From assembly GCA_043228905.1 (NCBI GenBank), contig JBHGNT010000018.1, forward strand, positions 7,750,001-7,814,000: a stretch of DNA of 64,000 nt, read 5' to 3'. The position numbers and the translations under genes were made by a program. Positions within the stretch are counted from its first letter, which is position 1. Every line of letters begins with the position of its first letter. This DNA comes from Azolla caroliniana. Taxonomy: Eukaryota > Plantae > Polypodiophyta. Below, piece by piece: positions 35,952 through 47,909 of the stretch. Below the pieces are notes generated by a model. The model did not search any database. It was given only the letters and a program-made list of their open reading frames with translations, and had not been told where the DNA came from.

Positions 35952-37278
35952 TCCGGTCTTCACTGAGGCCTTCTTCGAGCACATTCCTCAGATCTCCCAA
36001 GGTGTCGTCGAAAGAGACCGCCACGCCACTGCCTATCACTTCGTCGGGGCCTAGGACTCCACACGCCCTGAGACGTTCCTCCGCCCGCTTCTTCTCGTGG
36101 CCGCTAATGCAGGTTATTGTACAACTTCCGTTGTCGGAGAACCAAAATTTCTTGTCTATAGTATAGGGTTTCCTTCCTACGGTACACTTGTGGGGTTTTT
36201 CCGGGATGTCCGGACTATCGTGACCCCACACCTTGGTAGCCCACTCTAAAAATCCCCTTGACCTTCGCCGCCGAGGGTCTCGCGGTTGCGCTCGTGGTTC
36301 GGTCGTACCGTTAGAAATTGGACAGAGTGCCGCCCATCTTGGCTCTTCACTCAGGCGTACACCAAACCGTTATCCACCACCTTCGTCTTCATGCGTGCCG
36401 CCGTGATGTACGGTTCGCCGAGGATCACCGGGTGCAAGGATGTCTCCTGCACGAACAAGCGCTGATCAATCTCGACATCGCCGATCTTTACTCATACATT
36501 TGGGCAAGCCCCGTGTAGTTCCTCCGTGGTGCATGTCGCTGCTCGTATTTTCCACCCGTGTTTGGTGTTGATCGTGTTGGGAGACAGGTCCCTCCGGATG
36601 GGAAGGGAGAAGAACAATGTTGATGAATAAACTCGGCCGAGGCCGAAATCGGATGGTGCAGACCCGGTATGAACCGGATGAGGAGTACCCGGCTACGGAG
36701 AGTCGGATGATACAGACCTGGTATGAACGGGATGACGAGTACCCGGTTACGGAGAGCCGGATGGTGCAGACCCGGTATGAACCGGATGAAGAGACATATT
36801 CGTAAATATGTTTCTGAGAGTCCATCGAGGCTATATTTGTAAATAGCCGAAAACTCATATTAGTATAAATATGACTTAGGGCAAACTTTTAGTGTGTGTT
36901 GTAGTTGTTGTCGTTTCTTGTTGGTGCGAGAGAAGAGAGAGTGTGTAACTATACAGAGAGAGAGAGAGAGAAAGAGGTCGTTGCCTCTGTTGTAACCGCC
37001 GCCTGTGGCGAAGATCTGTGAGCACGAGGTCGTTGCCTCAGCGAACTCACTATTGTACATTCTTACATAGTGACAGTTGGCAACCTGTGGGCTGCCGTGG
37101 TTTTTTTCCCTTAGTTTGGGGTTTTCCACATAAACCTCCTGTGTATCTTCCTCTTCTTTGTGTCGTGTTTTATTTCCCGTTTTTTGTGTATCATTCTAAG
37201 CTCGGTTGTGGCCGAACGTTGCGCATAAGGAGCGTTGAGTTCCCGTCAATTGGTATCAGAGCAAAATCGACACAGAAA

Positions 37279-40200
37279 ATGGACGAATCGTTTGGTGGCA
37301 TGTTCAAGTTCACCGGCTCCAACTATTCAGTGTGGAAGTCGAAGATGAGGGATATGCTCGTGGTAAAAGATCTTTGGGTGCCGGTTCAGTTTGGGGACAA
37401 GAGACCGGACAAAATCGACGCCACGATATGGGAGGTGATGCACATGAAGACAACGACGTACATACGGTGCTTCATCGACATGAGCCTGTACAACAACTTC
37501 AATGAAGAGAGCAAGGCTCATGAGCTCTGGGAGAAGATCGGCACAATGTTTCAAAACAAAAATGTTTTTAATCAGGTTTCGGTATTCCGGAAGCTAGTAA
37601 GACTCCGGTACCAAGATGGCTCCAGCATGGCGGAGCACATGAATGCCTTCCAGGGGCTGATACACCAGGCAACATCATTGGAAGTACCTCTCACCGACGA
37701 GGTACTAGCACTACTCCTGCTCGGTTCCCTCCCGGATAGCTGGGAGACGTTGGTCGTCACTCTGGGCAACGCCGGGCCGGAAGGAAAACGGCTATCCCTA
37801 GCAAGAGTAAAGTCGAGCTTTCTAGATGAGGAGGCGCGTCGGAAAGATAAAGATACGAGCTCCAACTCCAAAGTGCTCCTTATCGAATCGGAATGAGGAA
37901 CCCTAAACCGTAGTCCTTAGAACCGGGAGAAGTCGGGGACACGGTCAAAGTCAAGGGGGAGGCCCACTTGCTTCTATTGCGGCAAGCCGGGACACTTCCA
38001 AAAGAACTGTCGGCATTTCCGAAAAGATAAGGAGACCAACGATACTGACTCGAAGCGGACCCCGGATTGGAACGGTAAAGACCGGAGGGGCCGGACCGGA
38101 AGGGAACGACGACAATCGCGGCAAGTGAAGAGGAGTTGATGCTCATCACCGAGGAGAGTGAGATAAACCTTGCCGGAGACGAGATGACCTGGGTGGTAGA
38201 CTCCGGAGCGTCGTTCCACCTCACCCCGGACCGGAAATGCTTCTCATCCTACTCAGCCGGTGATCACGGCTGTGTCCGGATGGGGAACGAAGGTACATGC
38301 CGAATTGTTGGCATAGGAGACGTGTGGCTGTCGACACCAACCGGATGCAAGTTGCTGCTGAGGGAAGTCCGACACGTTCCGGAGGTTCGACTGAACTTGA
38401 TATCAGCCGGTCGGCTAGATGATGACGGCTACACAGGTAGCATCTGGAACGGTGTCATGAAGTTCAGCAAAGGGAACCTGATTGTGGCTCGGGCCTGGAA
38501 GGTCAACACACTGTACGTGATGAATGCCCAGTTATGTCCGGAAGAAGTGAACATGGCATCCGACATTGCCGGTGAGCTGTGACACAAGAGACTGTGTCAT
38601 ATGAGCGAGAAGGGGATGAAGAGGCTTGCAGACGACAACCTCATTCCAGTGAAGAACGTGCACTTAGAGAAATGCACTGATTGTCTGGCCGTTAAGCAAA
38701 ACCGAACCTCCTTCCGACCAAGGCCACCGATGAGATGTAATGCACCACTGGAGTTGGTGCATACAGATGTGTGTCAAGTAGACACGCAATCACATGTCGG
38801 AGCGCAGTACTTTGTGACGTTCATAGATGACCACAACCGGAAGCTGTGGGCCACACCGCTGAAGACGAAGGATCAGGTGCTATCTGTCTTCAAAGAACTC
38901 CACGCGAGAGTGGAAAGAGAAACCGGCCGGAAGCTGAAGGCGGTTCGAGCAGATAATTGAGGAGAGTACCGGGGGCAGTTTGAGGAGTACTGCCGCTCGA
39001 AGGGAATTCTGCTCGAATTTACGGTGCCGAAGATGCTGGAACTAAACGGACTGGCCGAGAGGATGAACCGGACCATAATGGAGAGGGTCCGGAGTATGCT
39101 AGCGCATGCAAAACTACCCAAGAAGTTTTGGGCTGAGGCACTGTCAACGACGACATATGTGATAAACAGATCACCCTCAGTACCCTTGGACGGAGACACG
39201 CCACAGAGAGTGTGGACCGGTAAGGAAGTATCCTACCGGCATCTGAAGGTGTTCGGGTGTCTCGCGTACGTGCATGTAGCTAAGGACCGGAGAGGTAAGT
39301 TAGATCCAAAGACCCGACCATGCATATTCCTCGGTTACGATGACGATGAGTTCGGCTACCGAGTGTGGGACCTGGTCGACAAGAAGGTATTCCGGAGTCG
39401 AGATATTATCTTCATGGAGGACAAGACACTCGCCGACTGGGAGTCGTAAGGATCGACTCTACGATGAGCAGACCCAACTGGCAAGAGACCGGTTAGCACT
39501 TGAAGAACCAGCCGGTTACGGTGAGGATACCGAACAGGCTGAAGAAGAAGTAGAGGAAGCTGAAACCGGAACCGGCCAAGACCCCGAATCAGATTTAGAT
39601 GAAGAGCAGATGGATGAGCCGGTCACCGAAGCCCAGAGACGGAGATATCCTCTTAGAGAGAGAAGGGCCCCCCGGAGATTTCCGGATGCAGAGCATGTTC
39701 TGTTGACCGATGAGGGGGAGCCGGAAAGCTTCAAAGAAGCGAAGGATGACACCCACGGCCGAAAATGGTTAAGTGCCATGTAGGACGAGATGGATTCCCT
39801 GCATGAGAACCATATGTACGAATTGGTGGAGTTGCCGAAAGGAAAGCGGGCACTCCGAAACAAGTGGGTGTACAAGTTGAAACCGGGAGATGCCGGAAAC
39901 CCCCCGAGATACAAAGCCAGGATCGTAGCGAAGGGGTTCCAGCAGAAGAAGGGCGTGGACTTCGACGAGATATTTGCCCCGGTAGTAAAGATGACCTCCA
40001 TCCGGACGGTGCTGAGTATAGCGGCAAGCATGGACCTCGAGGTAGAACAACTGGGTGTGAAGACGACATTCCTTCACGGCGACCTCGAAGAGGAGATCTA
40101 CGTGCAGCAACTGGAGGGATTTGTGGAGAAAGGGAAGGAGCACCTGGTATGCCGGTTGAAGAAGAGCCTCTACGGGTTTAAGCAGGCTCCCCGGCAATGG

Positions 40201-41286
40201 TACCGGAAGTTTGACTCATTCATGACCGATCAGGGGTACCACAAGACGCAGGCCGATCACTGCGTGGTTGTGAAGAAGTTTGAAGGAGGCGACTTCCTGA
40301 TACTCCTTCTGTACGTGGATGACATGTTGATCGTCGGACGTGACCAAGTCAAGATACGGATGCTAAAGAAGGCTCTCAACCGGACCTTCTCAATGAAAGA
40401 CTTGGGTCCGGCGAGACAGATGCTGGGGATGCACATCATTCGGAACCGGTCAAAGAAGCAATTATGGCTGTCATAGGAGAAGTACGTGACAAAGGTGCTT
40501 CACCGGTTCAACATGTTAGAAGCGAAACTGGTCGGATCAACACTTCCGGCAAACTGTAGGCTATCCGGTAAGCAAAGACCGAAGACGAAAGCAGAGAAGG
40601 CTGATATGAAGATTCCATATGCCTCTGCCGTTGGGAGCTTGATGTACGCAATGGTGTGTACCCGACCAAATATAGGATACGCAGTCGGAGTGGTGAGCCG
40701 GTTTATGAGCAATCCCGGCAAGGAGCACTGGAAGGCGGTCAAATGGATACTCCGGTATTTGAAGGGCACCTCAAATATGTGTCTCCGATTCGGCTCCGAA
40801 AAACCTCAACTGGACGATTTCACCGATTTGGACATGTCGGCTGATGTGGATACCAGCCGGTCTAACTCTGGGTATGTAATTACATATGCAGGGGGAGCTG
40901 TTTCGTGGCAGTCGAGGCTGCAGAGGACGGTTGCATTGTCAACCACAGTGGCGGAGTACATGGCGGCTGTGGAAGCCGGCAAGGAAATATTATGGATGAA
41001 GGACTTCATCGGAGAGCTCGGTATCCAGCAAGAAGAATACCGACTCTATTGCGACAATCAAAGTGCCATCCACCTTGCTAAGAATGCGGCCTACCATTCT
41101 CGGACGAAGCATATCTAGCGAAGATATCACTGGATCCGGGAAAGAGTAGATGACCAGGAGTTCGCGCTAACGAAGATCCACACGGCCGAGAACGGGTCAG
41201 ATATGCTGACCAAAGTGTTGACACCTGACAAGCTGAACGCATGTCGGAAGAGGATCGGACTGGTAAGACACCCCATGCCGGAGTGA
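37279..41286 (+). pseudogene. gag-pol: copia F gag-pol (gag, knuckle, PR, IN, RT, RH) with stops and frameshifts
   Basis: Collinear ORFs with WVVDSGAS, LVHTDVC, LYVDDML and YCDNQSAI motifs. Confidence 0.93.
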
Positions 41287-41373
41287 AGGGGGAGTTTGTT
41301 GGGAGACAGGTCCCTCCAGATGGGAGGTGAGAAGAACAATGCTGATGAATAAACTCGGCCGGGGCCGAAACCT

Positions 41374-41730
41374 GATGGTGCAGACCCGGTATGAACCGGA
41401 TGAGGAGTACCCGGCTACGGAGAGCCGGATGGTGCAGACCCGGTATGAACCGGATGAGGAGTACCCGGCTATGGAGAGCCGGATGGTGCAGACCCGGTAT
41501 GAACCGGATGAGAAGTACCCGGCTACGGAGAGCCCGATGGTGCAGACCCGATATGAACCGGATGAAGAGTACCCGGCTACGGAGAGCTAGGTGGTGCAGA
41601 CCCGATATGAACCAGATGAAGAGTACCCGGCTATGGAGAGCCGGATGATACAGACCTGGTATGAACCGGATGAGGAGTACCCGGCTACGGAGAGCCGGAT
41701 GGTGCAGACCCAGTATGAACCGGATGAAGA
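41374..41730 (+). repeat. 54-bp tandem repeat in copia F 3' LTR (about 6.7 copies; about 2.7 in the 5' LTR at 36650-36790)
   Basis: GATGGTGCAGACCCGGTATGAACCGGATGAGGAGTACCCGGCTACGGAGAGCCG units. Confidence 0.95.
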
Positions 41731-44007
41731 GACATATTCGTAAATATGTTTCTGAGAGTCCATCGAGGCTGTATTTGTAAATAGCCGAAAACTCATATTA
41801 GTATAAATATGACTTAGGGAAAACTTTTAGTGTGTGTTGTAGTTGTTGTCGTTTCTTGTTGGTGCAAGAGAAGAGAGAGTGCGTAACTGTACAGAGAGAG
41901 AGAGAGAGAAAGAGGTCGTTGCCTCTGTTGTAACCGCCGCCTGTGGCGAAGATCTGTGAGCACGAGGTCGTTGCCTCAGTGAACTCACTATTGTACATTC
42001 TTACATAGTGACAGTTTGCAACCTGTGGGCTGCCGTGGTTTTTTTCCCTTAGTTTGGGGTTTTGCCATGTAAACCTCCTTTGTATCTTCCTCTTCTTTGT
42101 GTCGTGTTTTATTTCCCGTTTTCTGTGTATCATTCTAAGCTCGGTTGTGGCTGAGCGTTGCGCATAAGGAGCGTTGAGTTCCCGTCAGATCGGCCATTTA
42201 CCCTTCTTGTAGAAGTCAGGTTGATCTCCGAAACCGTGGTTTACCAACGACACCACTAGCTCTTGGACGTCTCTGATCCGAACGGGGATCTCTATTGTGG
42301 CTCTAGCCCAATGCAGCCTCGAATAATGGATCTCCGCAAACTCGTCCTCCAGGGCCATATCTTCCAGGTGTGTCGTTCGCACCTCCACCGGCTTTTCTGG
42401 CTCTGGCTTCGTCGAAACTCGTTTCCGCTTCACCAAGTCCATGATGGAGTCGTGCAAGTCCTTCTTGGCGATCCCAAGCACCTCCCTTAGCGACAACTCC
42501 ACGTTGTTGTTGAGAATGCGCTCCTCGAGAACCTTCCGCAGGTCCGTCGTCCTTTCGATTTCGGTGCCCAGCTGGTAACCGGTCGGCCTTGCTTTGTCTG
42601 CCATGCCAGAATTGTCGGCTTCATTCCTCTTCGGCCCGAACCGGGTTTCGTACCGATTCGGGGCTGAGGCCCCTCCAGCCTTCCCTACCCTCTTAACAAT
42701 CACTAGAACTTCATAGTTCTGGCACGCAGCTTCCACGAAGCCGGTCATCTCTTCTACCGGGTGGTCCCACCCGATGACCTCCCGGACCTGCTGCTCCGCA
42801 CGGTCTGCTTCTTCCCTCTTCAGTCATGCGCCGGAGAGGCCTTCTAGCACCAAGGGCTAGAAGCTAGAGTCTTTCGTTTTCTGATCTTCGTTACCTCCTA
42901 CCCGGATCCCGGCCGATGCCAAATAATGGACGCCCTCTGCATGGCGTGCTTCCGCTTCTTCGATTAGCCGCTTCATCCTATTGCGTTTGAAATTTGTCTC
43001 CACGGCTCTCCGGGTATCACCAACGTGCACCCGTCCGTTCCACAAGTACACCACATTACCCCTGAGGGCCTCGGAAAACTCCACGCAGTCTCGCCGGATG
43101 TGTCCGACCGCGTCCCACCACATACATCGTTGTCCAATCGGTGGCCTCCGATCGCGTGGCTGCCCTCCATTGTCTCTCTGGGCCTAAGCGATCTGTAGGT
43201 CGCGAACCATTTGTGTCAGCTCCTCAAGAGTCACTCCTCCGGATGGGCCCTTGACCACGCCGGTCGAGGTCCAGCCCCTCTCGAGCCAATCCCTTGTTAC
43301 CTCCTTTCGTGTCGGCGAAGGCTCAACGAACTTCCTTACCGGTACAAGTCTCACCGCTGACGATCCCTCGTCGCCCCACTCATGACGTTTGTTAAAACGG
43401 CCACAGACTCTCTTCACCATGCCCCAGTCGGCCGTCAGCCCGTCATCTGTCTCTAGTAGGAGACCCACCTGATCTCTATCCCGCGCATCCACAACTTTGA
43501 CAAACAACAAGACATAGCTTGTGTCCAGCACGACTTTGTCCAGTGCTGAGAGACGCGCGAAGCATTCTTGAAACTCCCAGAGAAGCATCAACGCGTTCCT
43601 CCCCTTTCCGGGGATCTCCACCCAAGCCATGAAATCTCGCTTCGATAGCTGAAGCGCATCATCGAGCCCGTAACTTTCGAGGATCCACCCCTCGAACTCT
43701 TCCCAGGTCCGGCATCCGGCCTACACCTCAAGCACCTCCGCATGAATGCCCGGCATTGCCACCTGAGGGAATCCAGCCAACCGCCTGTCTTCCGGAATGT
43801 CCCCCATCACCATCTTGGCTCGGTAGGACACGAAATAGCTCGTGGCATCCTTCCAACCAAACCGGCCTATTGTGCTGACAATTGCTTCAATGGCCCTTTC
43901 GAGGGTGCCTGTGCCCTCACGAGCACTTACTATCCAATTAACGGCTGCCGCCATGGCTTCGGCAAACTCCGATCCCCTCATTTTTGACTCCTCTGTCACC
44001 TTGTTTT

Positions 44008-47000
44008 TGTCAGGAACTACACGCTTCCTCCTGAACAACGCTCGGCCACAACCAAGCTTAGAATCAAACACAGAAAACGGGAATGAATGCACAACACAAT
44101 GGAGAGAAGAGTACACAACATGTTTACGTGGAAAACCCAAACACGGGAAAAACCACAACAGTCCACTAATTGCTAACTATCACTATGTAACAATATACAA
44201 TAGATGAACATAGAGGCAACGACCTCTTATTCACTATCTTCACCATAGGTGGCGGTTACAACAGAGATATGAACTCTTCATCTTTCTCTCTCTCTCTCTC
44301 TCTCTCTGTACACTGTTACACTCTAATCTTGCGCCAACAAGAAAGACAACAACAACAACCTCTAAGTTTGCCCTAAGTCATATTTATACTAATATGACTT
44401 TTCAGCTATTTACAAATATAGCCCCGATGGACTCTTAGAAACATATTTACGAATATGTCCCTTTATCGGGTGAGCACTCCTCACCGGGCCTGCATCATCC
44501 GGCACTTGCCGGGCACACGTCATCCGGTTCTCACCGGGTCTTCCGTTGCCGGGTACTCCACATCCGGTTCTCACCAGGTCTTCACCATCCAACTCTTGCC
44601 GGGTACTCGTCATCCGGTTCTCACCGGGTCTTCCGTTGATGGGTAATCGTCATCCGGTTCTTTTCACTTCCCATCCGGAGGGACCTGTTTCCTAACAAAC
44701 TCCCCCTTCACTCCGACATGGGATGTCTTACTAGTCTGATCTGCTTCCGACATGTATCCAGCTTGTCGGGTATCAGTACTTTGGTCAGCATCTCTGACCC
44801 GTTCTCGGCCGTGTGGATCTTCGTCAACGCGAAATCCTGATCATCTACTCTTTCCCGGATCTAGTGATACCTTCGTTGGATATGCTTCGTCCGGGAATGG
44901 TAAGCCACATTCTTAGCAAGGTGGATGGCACTTTGACTGTCGCAATAGAGCCGGTATTCGTCTTGCCGGATACCGAGCTCTCCGATGAAGTTCTTTATCC
45001 ATAATATTTCCTTGCCGGCTTCCACAACAGCCATGTACTCCGCCTCTGTGGTTGACAACGCAACCGTCTTCTGCAACCTCGACTACCACGAAACAAGTCC
45101 CCCTGCATATGTCATTACATACCCGAATGTAGACCAGCTGGTATCCACATTAGCCGACATGTCTGAATCGGTAAAACCGTCAAGTTGAGGTTTTCCGGAG
45201 CCGAATCGAAGACACATATTTGAAGTGCCCTTCAAGTACTGGAGTATCCATTTGACTGCATTCCAGTGCTCCTTGCCGGGATTGTTCATAAACCGGCTCA
45301 CCACTCCGACTGCGTATCCTATATCCTAGCTGGTACACACCATTGCGTACATTAAGCTCCCGATGGCAGACGCATATGGAACCTTCATCATATCAGCCTT
45401 CTCTGCTTTCGTCTTCGGGCTTTGCTTACCGGATAATCTGCAATTTGTCGGGAGTGTCGATCCGACCGGTTTCGCTTCTAACATGTTGAACCGCTGAAAC
45501 ACCTTTGTCATGTACTTCTCCTGTGACAGCCACAATTGCTTCGTTGGCCGGTTTCGGATGATATGCATCCCCAACATCTGTCTTGCCGGACCCAAGTCTT
45601 TCATTGCGAAAGTTCGGTTGAGAGCCTTCTTCAGAATCCGTATTCTGGCTTGGTCGCGTCCGACGATTAACATGTCATCCATGTACAGAAGGAGTATCAA
45701 GAAGTCGCCTCCTTTGAACTTCTTCACAAACACGCAGTGATCGGCTTGCGTCTTGTGGTACCCTTGATCGGTCATGAAGGAGTCGAACTTCCGGTACCAT
45801 TGTCGGGGATCCTGCTTCAGTTCGTACAGGCTCTTCTTCAACCAACATACCAGGTGCTCCTTCCCTTTCTCCACGAATCCTTCCGGTTGCTGCATGTGGA
45901 TCTCCTCTTCGAGGTCACCGTGAAGGAATGCCGTGTTCACGTCTAGCTGGTCTACCTCGAGGTCCATGCTTGCTGCTATACTCAATACTCGTCGCCGGCA
46001 AGGTTTAGCTCACTCTCCTCGGTAATGAGCATCAACTCTTCTTCACTTGCCGCGATTGCCGTCGTCCCCTTCCGATCCGGCCCCCTTCGGTCTTTACCGT
46101 TTCGGTCCGGTGTCCGCTTCGAATCGGTGTCATCAGTTTCCTTATCTTTTCGGAAGTGCCAACAGTTTTTCTGGAAGTGTCCCAGCTTGCCGCAATAGAA
46201 GCAGGTAGGCCTCCCCCTTGGCTTTGACCGTGTCCTCGACTTCTCCCGGTTCTGGGGACTACGGTTCCTTTGTCTTCCGCGTTCCGATTCGGTAAGGAGC
46301 GCTTTGGAGTCGGAGCTCGTATCCTTATCTTTCCGACGCGCCTCCTCATCTAGCAAGATCGACTTCACTCTTGCTAGGGATAACCGTTTCCCTTCTAGCC
46401 CGGTGTTGCCCAAAGTGACAACCAACATCTCCCAGCTATTTGGGAGGGAACCGAGCAATAGTAGTGCTAGTACCTCATCGGCGAGAGGTACTTCCAATGA
46501 TGTTGCCTGGTGGATCAGCCCCTGGAAGGAATTCATGTGCTCCGCCATGCTGGAGCCATCTTGGTACCGGAATCTTACTAGCTTCCGAAATACCGAAACC
46601 TGATTAACAACATTTTTGTTTTGGAACATAATGCCGATCTTCTCCCAAACCTCATGAGCCTTGCTCTCTTCATTGAAGTTGTTGTATAGACTCATGTCAA
46701 TGAAGCACCTTATGTACGCCGTTGTCTTCATGTGCATCACCTCCCATATCGTGGCGTCGATTTTGTCCGGTCTCTTGTCCTTGAACTGAACCGGCAACCA
46801 AAGATCTTTAACCACGAGCATGTCCCTCATCTTCGACTTCCACACGGAATAGTTGGAGCCGGTGAGCTTGAACATGCCTCCCAACGATTGGTCCATTTTC
46901 TGTGTCGTTTTGCTCTGATACCACTTTGTCAGGAAGTACATGCTTCCTCCTGAACAACGCTCGGCCACAACCAAGCTTAGAATCAAACATAGAAAACAGG

Positions 47001-47331
47001 AATGAATGCACAACACAATTGAGAGAAGAGTACACAACATGTTTACGTGGAAAACCCAAACACGGGAAAAACCACAACAGTCCACTGACTGCTAACTATC
47101 ACTATGTAACAATATACAATAGATGAACGCAGAGGCAACGACCTCTTGTTCACTATCTTCGCCACAGGCGTCGGTTACAACAAAGATACGAACTCTTCGT
47201 CTCTTTCTCTCTCTCTCTCTCTTTGTACACTGTTACACTCTAATCTTGCGCCAACAAGAAAGACAACAACAACAACCTCTAAGTTTGCCTTAAGTCAAAT
47301 TTATACTAATATGACTTTTCGGCTATTCACA
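44008..47331 (-). mobile_element. Tork-like copia G; PR, IN and half of RT deleted; 5' LTR truncated
   Basis: 3' LTR 44008-44697; RT/RH 44708-45985; gag 45985-46896; PBS 46912-46923; 5' LTR 46927 to about 47331. Confidence 0.9.
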
Positions 47332-47909
47332 ATGAGCCACCAACGCGTATACCGACTGAACAAGGAGCACGCTCCTGGAAAGGAAAAGGAAAGGGAGACT
47401 CACAGGAACACAGATAGACGAGAACAGGAGATTCAATTACTATAACAGTAACGATTACAGTGTTTGCAAGATTACAGCCGACTAGCCGACGACAAACACA
47501 ACCCTGATAGTCACTCACCCACACAGTAGAGCCTTGCCGGAAGGCACACGGCTTTCCTCGAAACAGAGGCAACCAACACAAAAATCCTACAGATCAGAAC
47601 GAAGGAGGAGAGAGCTCGGTTCCCAGTCCAATAGCACCTCGTCCTTACCCAATAAAAAATTCCCTCTTCTTAGTCTTCTTCCTTTCCCTTTTATAGGCCA
47701 TCGGGGAGGGACCATTACACCCTGGTCAAATCACCTTTATTCTCTGTCCCTTCGGACAGAGATCCTCTTCGATTCACTAGCCTGTTAATAATCTTCCTAG
47801 GATATTTTCATTAGCCTACCTATTCCTAATTGCGTATCCTTTATCAATACTTGTGCCCGCGCGTAGGGTCGGTTCCCGTGCCTTTTTCACCGGTTCCACC
47901 TAAGGCCGG
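47332..47909 (-). mobile_element. Probable 5' LTR of a Phygy-like gypsy (likely E); terminal 14 bp at 53629-53642
   Basis: Non-coding, with minus-strand TATA (CCTATAAAA) near 47690. Beyond element H the sequence ends ...CTTCACGACA, the same terminus type as LTR 1610-2376. Confidence 0.6.

Larger units (their letters stand above)
36575..42187 (+). mobile_element. Tork-like copia F, full-length
   Basis: TSD GATCG at 36570-36574 and 42188-42192. LTRs 36575-37248 and 41297-42187. Met PBS 37251-37262; PPT before 41297. Confidence 0.96.
34606..44007 (-). mobile_element. Phygy-like gypsy E internal region (gag-protease, then RT), interrupted by a MITE and copia F
   Basis: RT LPQGGTNS..FLDDI at 34606-35360; protease region 36246-36574 plus 42188-42300, where KKGKWPI|NTKHGW rejoins across F; gag to about 43950. 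Confidence 0.85.
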
